Shown here piece after piece: positions 12,502 to 26,249 of a stretch of 58,420 bases of DNA (position 1 is its first letter; the number at the start of each line of letters is the position of its first letter). The translations under genes and the position numbers were made by a program. This stretch comes from Octopus sinensis. Lineage: Eukaryota. The notes under the pieces are model-generated. The model searched no databases. It saw only the letters and a list, made by a program, of their open reading frames with translations, and was not told the DNA's origin. The DNA lies in NCBI RefSeq assembly GCF_006345805.1, contig NW_021833107.1:1-58420 (forward strand). The letters run 5' to 3'.

Positions 12502-14127
12502 AACTAAATAATACAAACAAATAGACAGGGACACTTCTTTTGTTTGTCTGACTCTCTCTCTCTCTCTCACACATAGATATACATAATTATGCATGTTTGT
12601 ATGTTTGTATGTATGTATGTATACACACACACACACACGTATATATATAAACAAATATATATATATATGAGTTTATACGTAACTATGTATATGGATATGT
12701 ATGTGTGTGTATGTGTGTGTGTGTGTCCGTCTGTACTGGTTTGTATGTACATATATACATACATACCTTTTCCTCTATCAAAGTACCCAGACATTCATTA
12801 TGACAAATATAAGCTCAGACATGCACCACTCCTTTCCCTATACATCCACACGTCCGCATGCGTACAAATATACATATACACTCATTCACACAAACTCAGC
12901 CATATGGAGATGTGATGCTGTTCACTCTAAGTCCAAAAGACCAGCACATACAGATTAGCGTCTGTCGTCTGCCTGAGGATGTCTGCCATCTGATAAAAGT
13001 TTGTTTACTAATGTACTTAGCTGACACACTATTTGGCTAGCGGTGGTGGTTAAATGTTGTCTTGGTAACCGACAAATATTTGATATTATTCAACTCTGGT
13101 ATACGTGAAAAGGGTAAGTTGGTGTGAATATATTTGATACATGTCCTACTAAAGGGCTAGTCAGACATTAAATAAATATGGAATGAAGAGAAAGTCACCA
13201 ATATTAGCCAATCACTTATATGCTTTCCAGTTTACAAGCAAATAACAGCGATAACATGCTTTAATATTATTCTGACTTCCTTAGTGAAGCGTAGCTCTGC
13301 CGTACTTGTAGAAGTAAAAAAACATGTATTACTAAGTGTTCACTATTCCATATCTACGAGTAGGAATTTAATGCAAAGGGGCTAGCCTATGAAAATTAGA
13401 AGGTTATCCGGTGGACTCTATGGAAGAAATATTTATGGTTGCATGGAAGGGAAGGTGACCGCATGAACGCTTTGTGGAGTGGAGAGAGCAAGGTGAGGTC
13501 AGTAAGATATCTTGATCATCCACTTCCTCCATCTCCATCTTAGGTCGTCTTGACCTGGAGTGAAAATGGTCAGAAACGAAAGAATGTGGTTGTCGCTATG
13601 TATCTCTTCTTCACTTTAAACAGGATAACCGCGCAAGTCATCAGTCACCCTTAAGGGTAACAACGTGGTCCTCGTCGCTCCGACGGACGAACGTTGTCTA
13701 ACAATGACCACTAATCATCTAAGTATATATGAATTATGCAGTTGGAAAGACTAATATTATTTGATGTCAACTTTTGCTTCTCATTCTCTGGCAAGTATAA
13801 GTGATGACTATTGACAGGTTCAAGTTTTATTCTGACCTCTTCAGCAAAGCATATTCTTCACTTTGGAAATCAATGAATTGCTGTGTAAATGCAGATTGCA
13901 CACTTTTTGGTGTATACAAAACGTAACATTATCAAATGGTTATCGACGTATGCTTCATATATTTAAGTGGTCAACGAGAGAAACGCAGTTTCTTCCAGAG
14001 ATCGAATCGAACAGGTATAGTTGTGGGATAAATTTTGTAACCACTGAAAAAAAAACAACTTGCAAACATTTATCTTTCAACCGCTTACAATTATAAGTAA
14101 GTAGAACGGTCACTATGGAATCTCTCT

Positions 14128-14530
14128 CTCTTTTACTCTTTTACTTGTTTCAGTCATTTGACTGCGGCCATGCTGGAGCACCGCCTTTAATCGAGCAACT
14201 CGACCCCGGGACTTATTCTTTTTGTAAGCCCAGTACTTATTCTATCGGTCTCTTTTGCTGAACCGCTAGGTAACGGGGACATAAACACATCGGTTGTCAA
14301 GCAATACTAGGGGGACAAACACAGACACAAAAACATATACACACGCATTCATATATATACATATATACGACAGGCTTCTTTCAGTTTCCGTCTACCAAAT
14401 CCACTCACAAGGCTTTGGTCGGCCCGAGGCTATAGTAGAAGACACTTGCCCAAGGTGCCACGCAGTGGGACTGAACCCGGAACCATGTGGTTGGTAAACA
14501 AGCTACTTACCACACAGCCACTCCTGCGCC
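14128..14530 (-). mobile_element. Full-length tRNA-derived SINE, family B (CORE-like CACCTTGGGCAAGTGTCTT domain, GTAAAAGA tail repeat)
   Basis: Head GGCGCAGGAGTGGCTGTGTGGTAAG, B-box GGTTCAGTCCC, internal (TA/TG)n; about 9 copies in window; resembles described octopus SINEs (from memory). Confidence 0.9.
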
Positions 14531-15363
14531 TATATGGTGAAATTTTTTTAAATAATTAAAATAATAGTGAAATTCAACCCAATTTTATGATCCAAAAACT
14601 ATTTCCACTTCAAAAGTACGTACGAACACACTTAGGCACATACACATGTACAACTATTCAAGCGTGTACACATAATACACGCGCATTCACATAAAAAGAC
14701 AGAATCAGTTTCGTCAATGAGTAAGCCTCTACGTCGTCAGTCAACAAGCCTGAAATAGCAGCCATATTTTCTACAGATACCACTTGAGAGAAGAGGTTAC
14801 ATTAGTTAATTCTTTTTTTTTTTTTTTTTTTCGCTGATCTTAAAATGACGTCCTCATCTCAGCTTGAACGTTTTTCATCATAACCCGGCTCGAAGAAGGT
14901 TGAGCTGGGAGAAAATAATATCAGCACCCACGACGATGACAGTAGCAACATATATATTAATTCTGTTGGGGAGATGATCTCTTCTGTATCATTGTAGTTT
15001 TGTCTTTTCGTGGTATACACCATAATTAAAAGCACTCCAGACAGAACTAACCTTCACCATCCAACACGTCCATTTTTATTATTATACGGTGTTATTTGGA
15101 GGAAATTTTCTATTTTAGCGAGACAAAACGAAGTTGGAATAACTTTCTTTTGTAGTTGTTTTGTCTCAAGTTATCAAAAGTCCGAACTTCATAATTCCAT
15201 GCCTTTTGTAGACATAGGTTAAAAAGACCATAAAATTCAACAAGCACTTTATTGATGATACAGGGTGATTTGAGGAGTCTGTTAGTCGAACGGTGTCTTT
15301 TAAGCTGTGCATACATGCATAAGGGCATGTATGTATGTATGTATATACACATAGAAACACATA

Positions 15364-15401
<38 letters not shown>

Positions 15402-15645
15402 TAGAGTATTAGGTACGATGTACAGAAATTGAATATTAAGAAAAAAAGTCGACAGTGTTTTGAAAAAAAAATCTTTTATTTCTTCGTTATTAGCGCTTTC
15501 GTTCTTTTCCCGAACTTGGCAAATGAAATTTTTTGAATGAACAAACAGCTTTTTCATTTATACAAAACATTATTTTGGTGGTGTTTGTTTTGGAAGAAAA
15601 CATTGTTTTTTTATTTTGTTTTTGTTTATGTATATATATATATTA

Positions 15646-15703
<58 letters not shown>

Positions 15704-15745
15704 ACACACACACATACACACACATACATATATACATATATATAT

Positions 15746-15972
15746 ACTCTTTTATTTGTTTCAGTCATTTGACTGTAGCCATGCTGGAGCACCGCCTTTA
15801 GTCGAGCAAATCGACCCCAGGACTTATTCTTTGTAAGCCTAGTACTTATTCTATCGGTCACTTTTGCCAAACGGCTAAGTTACGGGGCAGTAAACACACA
15901 AGCATGTGTTGTCAAGCGATGTTGGGGGAAAAACACAGACACACAAACATATAAACACAGATTCATAATATG

Positions 15973-16038
<66 letters not shown>

Positions 16039-16315
16039 TATAACATCGTCGTATATATATATATATATATTATATATATATATATATAAGCCCATCGTAT
16101 ATATATATATACGACGATGTTATATATATATATAACATCGTCGTATATATTATATATATATATATACGATGGGCTTCTTTCAGTTTCCGTCTACCAAATC
16201 CACTCACAAGGCTTTGGTCGGCCCGAGGCTATAGTAGAAGACACTCGCCCAAGGTGCCACGCAGTGGGTCTGAACCCGGAACCATGTGGTCGGTAAGCAA
16301 GCTACTTACCACACA
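15746..16315 (-). mobile_element. SINE family B with expanded, rearranged internal (TA)n
   Basis: Aligns to 14128-14530. Confidence 0.9.
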
Positions 16316-16334
16316 GATATATATATATATATAA

Positions 16335-16495
16335 CTATTTTACTCTTTTATTTGTTTCTATCGTTTTGATTCTGGCTATGCTGGGCCACACCCTTTTAGT
16401 CGAAGAAATCTATTCCTGGACTTATTCTTTTTAAGCCTGGTACTTATTCTATCACTCTCTTTTGCCGAACCGCTATGTTACGGGAACGTAGACAC
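16335..16495 (-). mobile_element. SINE family B, 3' half
   Basis: Aligns to the 3' part of 14128-14530. Confidence 0.8.
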
Positions 16496-16864
16496 GCTAT
16501 TACTATAACGTCTCTAGGCTCACAGGCCCCAAACTAACCAATACATCCAGTTCTTCTTTCGGCCTCTGCTCAAATCTTACCCATAAAGATTCAAGAGGAA
16601 CTTTAATGATTTAAATCATATTGGTCTCACGTGGAGAATAAGAAGACCATAGGTATTGCTCTTCCCTGTAGACCTACTAAGAAAAGAATTATTTAATTTA
16701 CCGCCAACCAGGGAGATTAAAAATCTAAAGTTAACCGTCTGGCGAAATAAGAGCTCAGAATGTCTAGCTACGAAATTTAATTCCGAAACGTATTTATTTA
16801 AGAGTCTTACAACGTCGATAATTCTTATGTTCTAAATTCTAATTAATATTAAATTCCTGTATCA

Positions 16865-17165
16865 GGTGACGAGCTGGCAGAATCGTTAGCCTGCCGGGCG
16901 AAATGCTTAGCGGAATTTCATCCGTCTGAGTTCAAATTCCGCCGAGGTTGACATTGCCTTTCATCCATTCGTGGTCCATAAAATAATTACCAGTCGAGTA
17001 GTGGGGCTGATGTAATCGACTTAACCCTTGTCCCGAAATTTCTGGCCTTGTGCCAAAATTTGAAATCAATATTACATTCAAGTATCGATATAATGTACTT
17101 AGCTGGTACTCATTTCAAAGACCCCGGAAGGACGAAAGACAAAGTTGAACTCAGCATTATTTGAT
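16865..17165. mobile_element. SINE family A (+, 16865-17072) followed by an inverted degenerate family A fragment (-, about 17085-17165)
   Basis: Alignment to other family A copies. Confidence 0.85.
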
Positions 17166-17418
17166 CATTGAAGGAAAAGAGACAGGCACAGGCGCTTCCA
17201 CGTTAAGGCATTTTATTTTAACATTGAGAAAACTTGGAATTTTTCATCAGCAAGGGATTGTACAAAAAGTAGTCAGTTACGAAACACTATTTAAATTTGA
17301 TCCCACTCTCTAGCGTCATGGGTTATGGTTTTTCTTCGAGATTATACTCATATCAGATGTCCCGTCACCGTAATTTCACAGAACAGAATAATTAAGATAA
17401 ATTAAGTTAATTAACATA

Positions 17419-17730
17419 GGCACAGGAATGGCTGTGTAGTAAGAGGCTTGCTTCCCAACCACATGTTTTCGGGCTCGGTCCCACTGCGTGGCACCTTGGG
17501 CACGTGTCTTCTACTATAGCCTCGGGCCAACCAAAGACTTGTGGGTGGATTTGGTAGGCGGAAGCTGAAAGAATCCCGTCGTATATATATAAATATATGT
17601 GTGTGTGTGCTTGTATTTGTCAAATTCGATAGAATAAGTACGAGGCTTACAAAGAATAAGTCCTGGGGTCGATTTGTTCAACTAAAGGCGGTGCTCCAGC
17701 GTGGCCGCAATCGCTGAAGCAAATAAAAGA
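17419..17730 (+). mobile_element. SINE family B, internally deleted
   Basis: Head, CORE-like domain and tail all present. Confidence 0.9.
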
Positions 17731-18408
17731 ATTAGGTTTGGCTGAGTGAATGTTTCTTTGAAGTAGAATCTGCAGTTGACACGCTTTGTGATTCACACCA
17801 AAGTAGTCTTGATCTGTGAATGCCAAAACGTAGTCAGACATTATGAGGTGAAGGAGTGCCAGAAAGTGACATTTTGATGCGATTATATTTAGAGCCGATT
17901 TGAAAGCAATTTCGTATTATTTGAATTTTTAGTATAGTCGATTTCCATTTATAGTTAAAACTAGAACTATAAATATAAGACACAATAAAGCAAAGCCCAA
18001 ACACAAGTAATTGAACACTTCAAATATATTATAGGATCTAAAAATCAATAATAATTGACAATCTACATTATCCAAAGTTACGTTTGATGTTTTAGTTCTA
18101 CGGACGTGAATATTAACATATGCAGCTATAAGGCTTTAGTTATTTATCCAATGACTATTAGACACTAAACTCTTCAATTTATAAGTGGAATCAACATATC
18201 TTCAATTCAATTATGTTGAATATAGCAGACAGACATTTGTTGTTGGTTACGGAGAGGCATTTTTCTCCTGTTTGTTTTAAATGTTCTTGTTTTTGTGTTG
18301 ATTTCATGGTTTAACCTCCCTGGCTCAGCATTTATTCAGCAGATCTATAATCAAAGTATTCTAGTTTTGACTGTGACATCCTTTTGTATATATCTACGAT
18401 TATCTTGT

Positions 18409-18560
18409 GGCTGTGTGCTAAGAAACTTGCTTCTCGAGCACATGTACCGGGTTCCGTTCCACTGCTTGGCACCTTTGGCAGGTGTCTTCTACTAGGTTTA
18501 GGGCCGACCAAAAACTTGTGAGTGGATTTGGCGGCAGAAACTGAAAGAAACCTATTGCAT
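18409..18560 (+). mobile_element. SINE family B, 5' half (3' half at 19610-19830)
   Basis: Alignment to family B; the two halves are separated by microsatellites and the 18711-19406 duplication. Confidence 0.75.
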
Positions 18561-18624
18561 GTGTGAGTGTGTGTATATACATACATACATACATACATAC
18601 ATACATACATACATACATACATAC

Positions 18625-18710
<86 letters not shown>

Positions 18711-18711
<1 letters not shown>

Positions 18712-19044
18712 CGAAACATGCATGGAGTCGAACCGGGGACAGCTAATGAAGGGGAATGTTCCTTGTGTTGTTGTCCTGTGTTCTGTTTTTTCGTCGTTAA
18801 AAAAGTCCGTTCCCTTGTTTTTATGTTTTCGTTTCTCGTTGAGTTCTACGTCTATATGTGGTGTCATGTACTCACATATATATATATTTATATGCATGTA
18901 TATATACATGTAGATGTAGGTACGTAAATAATGTATGTATGCATATATTTTATTGATTGTATGATTTTATTGATTACATTATTGTATGACTGAGCGCCCT
19001 CGCATCGTTTCGTTTTGTTTCTTTCCTTTCTCCCAGTATGCTTT

Positions 19045-19075
<31 letters not shown>

Positions 19076-19406
19076 CGAAACATGCATGGAGTCGAACCGG
19101 GGACAGCTAATGAAGGGGAATGTTCCTTGTGTTGTTGTCCTGTGTTCTGTTTTTTCGTCGTTAAAAAAAGTCCGTTCCCTTGTTTTTATGTTTTCGTTCT
19201 CGTTGAGTTCTACGTCTATATGTGGTGTCATGTACTCACATATATATATATTTATATGCATGTATATATACATGTAGATGTAGGTACGTAAATATATGTA
19301 TGTATGCATATATTTTATTGATTGTATGATTTTATTGATTACATTATTGTATGACTGAGCGCCCTGCATCGTTTCGTTTGGTTCTTTCCTTTCTCCCAGT
19401 ATGCTT
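18711..19406. repeat. Near-identical tandem duplication, period about 364 bp (18711-19044 and 19075-19406), separated by (TA)n
   Basis: Direct comparison; gives the duplicated ORFs at 18722 and 19038. Confidence 0.95.
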
Positions 19407-19410
19407 TATT

Positions 19411-19441
<31 letters not shown>

Positions 19442-19466
19442 TATATATATATTAATATAATATAGA

Positions 19467-19515
<49 letters not shown>

Positions 19516-19609
19516 TATTATAAATATAAATATATATATGCGTGAGCGTATGTGTGCGTGCGTGCTTCTGTGTGTGTGTGTATGTGTGTGTGCGCGCGTG
19601 TGTGTGCTT

Positions 19610-19830
19610 TCGCGTCTGTGTTAGTCCCCCACCACCGTTCGACAACGGGTGTTGGTATGTTTACGTCGCCGTAACCTAGACGTACCAGGCATAACAAAAC
19701 AAGAAGAAGAAGAAGAAGAAGAAGTATTGCTTCTGGGGACAATTCATTCGATTAAGAACGCTGCAAGGCAGTGCCCCAGCATGACCGCAGTCTAATGAGT
19801 GAAACGAATAAAAGATAAAAGATGAAAGAT
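19610..19830 (+). mobile_element. SINE family B, 3' half
   Basis: cccc..ccaccg.tcgacaac.ggtgttgg...gcagtctaatga.tgaaac.aataaaagataaaagat tail. Confidence 0.75.
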
Positions 19831-20502
19831 AGTCTTGGATATCCTTGCTAATTTCTTAAAACAACAATGCAGAGTATCTTCAGCAGCAGAAAATGCAAAA
19901 CAGAGAAAAGAGAAGAAAAAGATTTCTGAATGGCTCGAATGAACGGAAGGTAAATGTGGATTTAGAAAACTCTTGTGCTTTCAAGCAGTTTAGTTACAAC
20001 AGAGTAAATTCTCGAACCTATGTGATCTGATAGCCAAAAAATCCTTATTATGGACTTGAAGATGTCTTGGGAAAGCAATGTGGAATGGAGCGACAAAAGT
20101 AACGGGAAAAAAAAAACAACAAGAAAAAGAACCAAAACTAACACAAGGAATTTATGAAGTCGTGCGTGACATGAATATGGCAATGTTCGGTGCATCCAGA
20201 ATAGACACCAGGTTGTGGTTTTACAGCTCTGAATATATAACTAGATTTGCAATATATAACTACAGAATCACGATCATATCGTTCCGTAAGGCAAATTCCA
20301 AAAGATTGAAACATTCTTTTGTTTGTAACTGAATATAAAATCTATAATGAAATATATATTCTGGGGGGATTTTTTTAGTTTTTAGTTTTCCTAGCTTTTG
20401 TTTAATAGTTGCGACCAGTTTTGGTACTTTACATTCACACACACACATACACACGCACGCACACACACACCACACACACACACACACACAACACACACAC
20501 AC

Positions 20503-20821
20503 ACATAGAAAGAGTACACAAATATATTCAAAAATTGCACGGAGGGACGACAAAGGAACACAAAAAATTGAACATGGTCTTCCCTCATCTGTTCCCGTCC
20601 AAAAATCATAACAATTATGCGCCTTATGTATAGAGAAATGTATACACACACACACAAACACACACACACATACACACACACACACATAGAAAGAGTACAC
20701 AAATATATTCAAAAATTGCACGGAGGGACGACAAAGGAACACAAAAAATTGAACATGGTCTTCCCTCATCTGTTCCCGTCCAAAAATCATAACAATTATG
20801 CGCCTTATTTATCGAGAAATG

Positions 20822-20826
<5 letters not shown>
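20503..20826. repeat. Tandem duplication, period about 181 bp, bounded by (CA)n
   Basis: CATAGAAAGAGTACACAAATATATTC...GAGAAATGTATAC occurs twice. Confidence 0.95.
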
Positions 20827-20873
<47 letters not shown>

Positions 20874-20969
20874 ACACACACACTCACTCACTCACACACA
20901 CACTTACACATATATATTGTTTTTGGATTTGGTTTGCAAGATTTTTTAGGTGAGTTCGTGTGTTGAAGC

Positions 20970-21306
<337 letters not shown>

Positions 21307-22138
21307 CGTATATGCACGCACATATAATGTAAAAATAATTAGTATTAAAAAGATCAATGCAGGAAGATGTTGGATAATATGGTAGCGAGTTCTCCAACGT
21401 TTCAGATGACAGTTCTTCATCATTGAAAAAATATTGAGAAAAGAATTAGGGGAATGAGAAAGAGAAAACTTAGAGATTAAAAGGCGAATGGTAAGGAACC
21501 AGTTGGGAATGCAATCGTAGGGTTGGGGATTTAACGAGGATCAATTTGTGAGTATGTAGACGCAAGTATCAGAGTGTACTTGAGTATTTTGAAGAGGGCA
21601 TAAGTCGAAGTGGTGAGTGTGTATGTGTATAGGGAGGTGCTCGCGTGCTGTGTGTAGTTATGCATTGAGACATGGAAGAGCCATAAAATTTAACACATTC
21701 AATCACTGTGCAAAAGAATTTCCTTTTCTGCTTTCCCTGAGAGCCTAGACTTCCGTATTACACTGAAATTTGTAAAATGCTGCCTAGTCTTCGCTGATAT
21801 TTAATTTAACGACTGCCTCTGGAGATACTCGATAACTCTCGAGATATGCGAAGGAATTTCATGGTTTCTATCGAGTCTCAAGACAGTGAGGTGGTTGTGG
21901 CTTCCAAGATGATAAATTCCGAGATGATAAATTCTGTTTTCATAGCGTGAACATAGTGCAGCATCTTCCAGACTGTGAGGAAAAGTAGTGCTTCCTACGA
22001 TGATATTTGAAATCATGTGTGTCTATGTGCGTGAGTGCGTGCGCGTGTGTGTGTGAGTGTATCTATGAGTATATATATATATATCTATATATATATATAT
22101 ATATATATATATTCTAACACACACACATATATATATAT

Positions 22139-22204
<66 letters not shown>

Positions 22205-23309
22205 GCACACACATATGTACATACGTATGTTTGTATAAATATATACAAAGAGAGAGATAAAGAGATAGATACATATAGGTATGTGTGTGTTGTATGTATG
22301 TATTCATGTATAATTGCGTATGTACGTATTGAGAGAAAGGAAAAAAGAAATTTGTAAATGTTTGTCTCGAGTTCCCAAGGCAAATCACTCAAATCTATTT
22401 CAAGATTCAATAAATTCCCATGAGAGTTCATGGCCATTTACTGAATCTTAGCCTCAAGGAATAATATCTGCGGAATACGCTTAAATACAATGCACGCTTA
22501 TGAACGCATGTGTGATTATAACCGCACGTATCTCTGTATGTATGTGTGTGTATGTTTATGTACTTATAAACATAGATTTTATTATATCTATATGTATGTT
22601 TGAATGAACGGACATGCGTGTGTATGTGTGTGAGTGTGTTTGTGTGTATATGTACGAGTGTGTGTATGTACGTGTGTTGGTACGTATGTGTGCCCGCGCT
22701 CGAGCCGAGCAGTGTACTTAAGAAATTCCTACTTAGATATCATTGCAGAGCTGCTTAGGTGGTTAGGAAAATAGAGATTAAAGCACATCGTACATCCATA
22801 TATGCGAGTGTGTGTATGTTTGTACATGCACGAGCGCGTGTGTGTGACAAAATGCTGCTATTTCAGTTGGGATAGCATAACAGTTAACCGTTTCTTAGAA
22901 CACCATATAAATCCATTTAAGTCCAACTTCTAATCGGATGTTAAACATAATTTGTATACAGATTTTAGTTTGGTGTAAAATACATTTGAATGAATTACAG
23001 ACTGTATATCCGAGAGCAGAATAAAACAGGAGATTCGTTTAAACTTTTTATTACCACATCATAAATTACATAACATTTACACGTGTTTCACTAGCGCGTT
23101 ACATATTGTGGTTGTTACATAGGTAATTGTATAGTTAGCTTAGAACGCCGGATCATCAGAAAGAAAATGTAATTTATTCCATTGTTGGTTATCAATATTA
23201 TGCTGTAAACAAACACAAACTAAGAACTCCGTGAATATTCCATAGATTGTTCTATATATAGCTGTTAAGGAAAGGAAATAAAATTCCTCTTCAAAGAAGG
23301 CTTTAACGA

Positions 23310-23541
23310 AAAATATCTATTTCTTTACTACCCACATGGGGCTAAACACAGAGAGGACAAACAAGGACAGACAAATGGATTAAGTCGATTATATCGACCC
23401 CAGTGCGAAACTGGTACTTATTTAATCGCCCCGGAAAGGATGAAAGGTAAAGTCGACCTTGGCGGAATTTGAACTTAGAACGTAACGGCGGACAAAATAC
23501 GGCTACGTATTTCGCCCGACGTGCTAACGATTCTGCCAGCT
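23310..23541 (-). mobile_element. SINE family A, long form
   Basis: Reverse complement of 42461-42690. Confidence 0.9.
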
Positions 23542-23834
23542 TAAGAGGTCCGTGCTTGTTTGATGATGTTTTGTAAGAACGAAACGTAAGCTGAACTTCA
23601 AGGTGTTCTAGTAACGAAGAACACTTATCCCGCTGAATTATAGAAAAGAAATTTCTGTGAAGTTAATTCTTAGTTTCTTGAACTTTTTCCTCATTTCCTT
23701 GAGTGTCATCAACAATCTATAAGGCAGTAAATTTCGCTTTATTCAGCTTTTCACCACTTAGCTGAATAATTTGAACTCATGCCATTGCCTTTCCACACAC
23801 ACGCACACACACACACACATTCATTTTATGCGTT

Positions 23835-23901
<67 letters not shown>

Positions 23902-24504
23902 TGAGTGTGTGTATTTGTGTGTGCGTGTGTTGCTACGTGTGTGTATGTGTGTGTAAAGAGACAAGGAAAGGGAATATGATTAAAATGTAACAGGATTTCG
24001 CTGCTGCTTTAGGTGCCTATGTAGTCGTGAGCAGACATTGACATCCATTCGGTGTTTCTAGAGAAACATCGAGGATATGACAATGAGGGAGAGGATGGTA
24101 CAAAGCGAGAGAGGGAGACACGAGGTGAGGGGACTGCATCAGCACTAAACTGTTACTCATTTTTAGCTGAGTGGAGTTTTTGCATTGTGGAATGGAAGGT
24201 TTTGCTTAAAGTTACATCACGTTACTCGTCCAGGAGTCGGACATGATTTTCTGATCAAAATTCAAACGCTCAAAACTCAAGGTCACGCACCTTTATGAGA
24301 GCGGTGTTTATTCAGTTATATACATATACATTGTATGTATGTTCATATGCATTTGCACTGAATTGACAGATATTTAAATGACAATAGATTAACTGTTAAT
24401 TAGGGATACACAGGGATGTGTAAACATACATACATATATACATACATATGGTAGACAAACATACATACATACATACATACATACATACATACATACATAC
24501 ATAC

Positions 24505-24948
24505 AATATGGTAGAAGCCATAGCTATTCATAATAAAAAGGAATTCTGGTGTAATGTACCAGTGAACACCTCCATAAAATGTAAGCATAACAGACCTGAT
24601 ATTATGATTTGGGATAGGAAAGAGAAACTGTGCACAGCGGATGTTAACGTAAAGCTGAAGATCAGGGAAAAAGTGAACGCCTATGCTGAACTATTGAGAA
24701 ATCTGCAGTTAAGATTTATACTTGTAATGTTTGGAGTCCTGGGATATCTAAATACCAGTCTTGAGAAATTAGGCTTCTCAAAACCAGAAAGGAGAAAGCT
24801 AATTCGAAGGCTACAGATCCAATCCATCACTAGAACTGTAACAATCTGTTAAACTTTCCCGAAGTTTATCATTTAAATATATACGAGAATGTCTATATAT
24901 GCAACTATACGCATGAGAATACATACATAAAACATACAAATCTGCACA
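24505..24948 (+). mobile_element. 3' end of R4/Dong-like non-LTR retrotransposon (restriction-like endonuclease domain) within (TACA)n
   Basis: EFWCNVPVNTSIKCKHNRPDIMIWDRKEK contains the (H)NRPD motif of the PD-(D/E)xK endonuclease; flanked on both sides by (TACA)n. Confidence 0.8.
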
Positions 24949-25679
24949 TACATACATACATGCATGCATGCATGTATACATACATACATACATACATACA
25001 TACATACATACATACATACGCACACACATACACACATACACAAATGCACTCATATCAGTCAGAATGATATATGTCTGCGTATAAATGTATCCGTTTATGT
25101 ATGGATAACTTTCTATTATGACCATGTCTGCGTGTACAGACGTTTGAGTTTTTAGTGGAGTTGCATGAAGTTATGGGAAAGTGATAGAGAAAGAAATAGA
25201 GAGAGCGAAAGAGAGAGGGGAGACAGACAGACAGACAGACAGACAGACCGAAAACAAGAGGAAGAGGAGGGGAAATAGTATCCAGCGCTGGTTGTGAAAC
25301 CGTGAAAGATTGAGCAAACAGATCCTTGCAAGCAATACATATAATTCACCCATGAGTAATGAGAACAAGAGACCTACGAGTTAAGCAATAATTTTTCATG
25401 AAGGATATGAAAAAGTACAGAAACGTCAAAAGTAATATATGTACATAGGGATTTCCAATTATATATATATTTATTACATAAATGACACGTATATTATTTT
25501 CATTATTAATTAAAGCATGTGAACATTAACTCTACTTGAAATATATATGTGTGTGTGTGCGTGTGTGTGTGCGTGTATGTGTGTGTCTGTGTGCTGTATG
25601 TTCGTTTGTATGTGCGTATGTCTATGCATGTATATATTTGCGTGTGTGTATGTACGCATGTATGAATACATATGTATAT

Positions 25680-26120
25680 ATTTATTAGAGGGAAAAAAGG
25701 ACAATAAAAACCAAGGCAGGACAGGTATCTCAAGTCGTTTAGAATATTTAATTAGGGAAAGGTGAATTTGAAGTCTTACAGTTGTTTCTGGGATATTCCA
25801 AGCATGTCCGTACACTTGGTATTCAGTCAAGGTGAGTAGGTATGAAAGATCTAGACAGGAAAATTCACAGTTTATAAGGAATAAATAGTTGATAGAAAAT
25901 AAAGGGTAAGTCAGTAGATATAAGAATACAGATAGGAGAGTAAAGTTCATCTTCTTCCAGAGGGTATGGAGGTTGGTCCGTACTTCCGCAAAGGTATCAG
26001 CCCTTAGGTACAATCCCAGGTAAATTCAAGCAGTATTTTAGTAGTATTTTGAATGATGAGTTCATTGTGAAGGAATAGATTAAGTGGTTAGCTAGTATGA
26101 AAATGGTGCACGTGGGTATT
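25680..26120 (-). mobile_element. Dispersed repeat, probable Penelope-like terminal region; inverted copy of 28010-28470
   Basis: Direct alignment to 28010-28470; the hammerhead CTGATGA box is deleted in this copy. Confidence 0.7.
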
Positions 26121-26249
26121 TAGAGTGAGAAAGACAGAAATCATGATAGACAGATATGGGTTGTGCGTGAGTGAATAGAAGAGAGAGAGAGAGAGAGGGG
26201 GGAGAAAGAGAGAAAAGAATGCAATGGGATAGGTGTGGGAAAGAATGTA

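Noticed and set aside
13801-13835. C box (GTGATGA) and D box (CTGA) pair
   Set aside because: Spacing of about 35 nt is too short for a C/D snoRNA and there is no terminal stem
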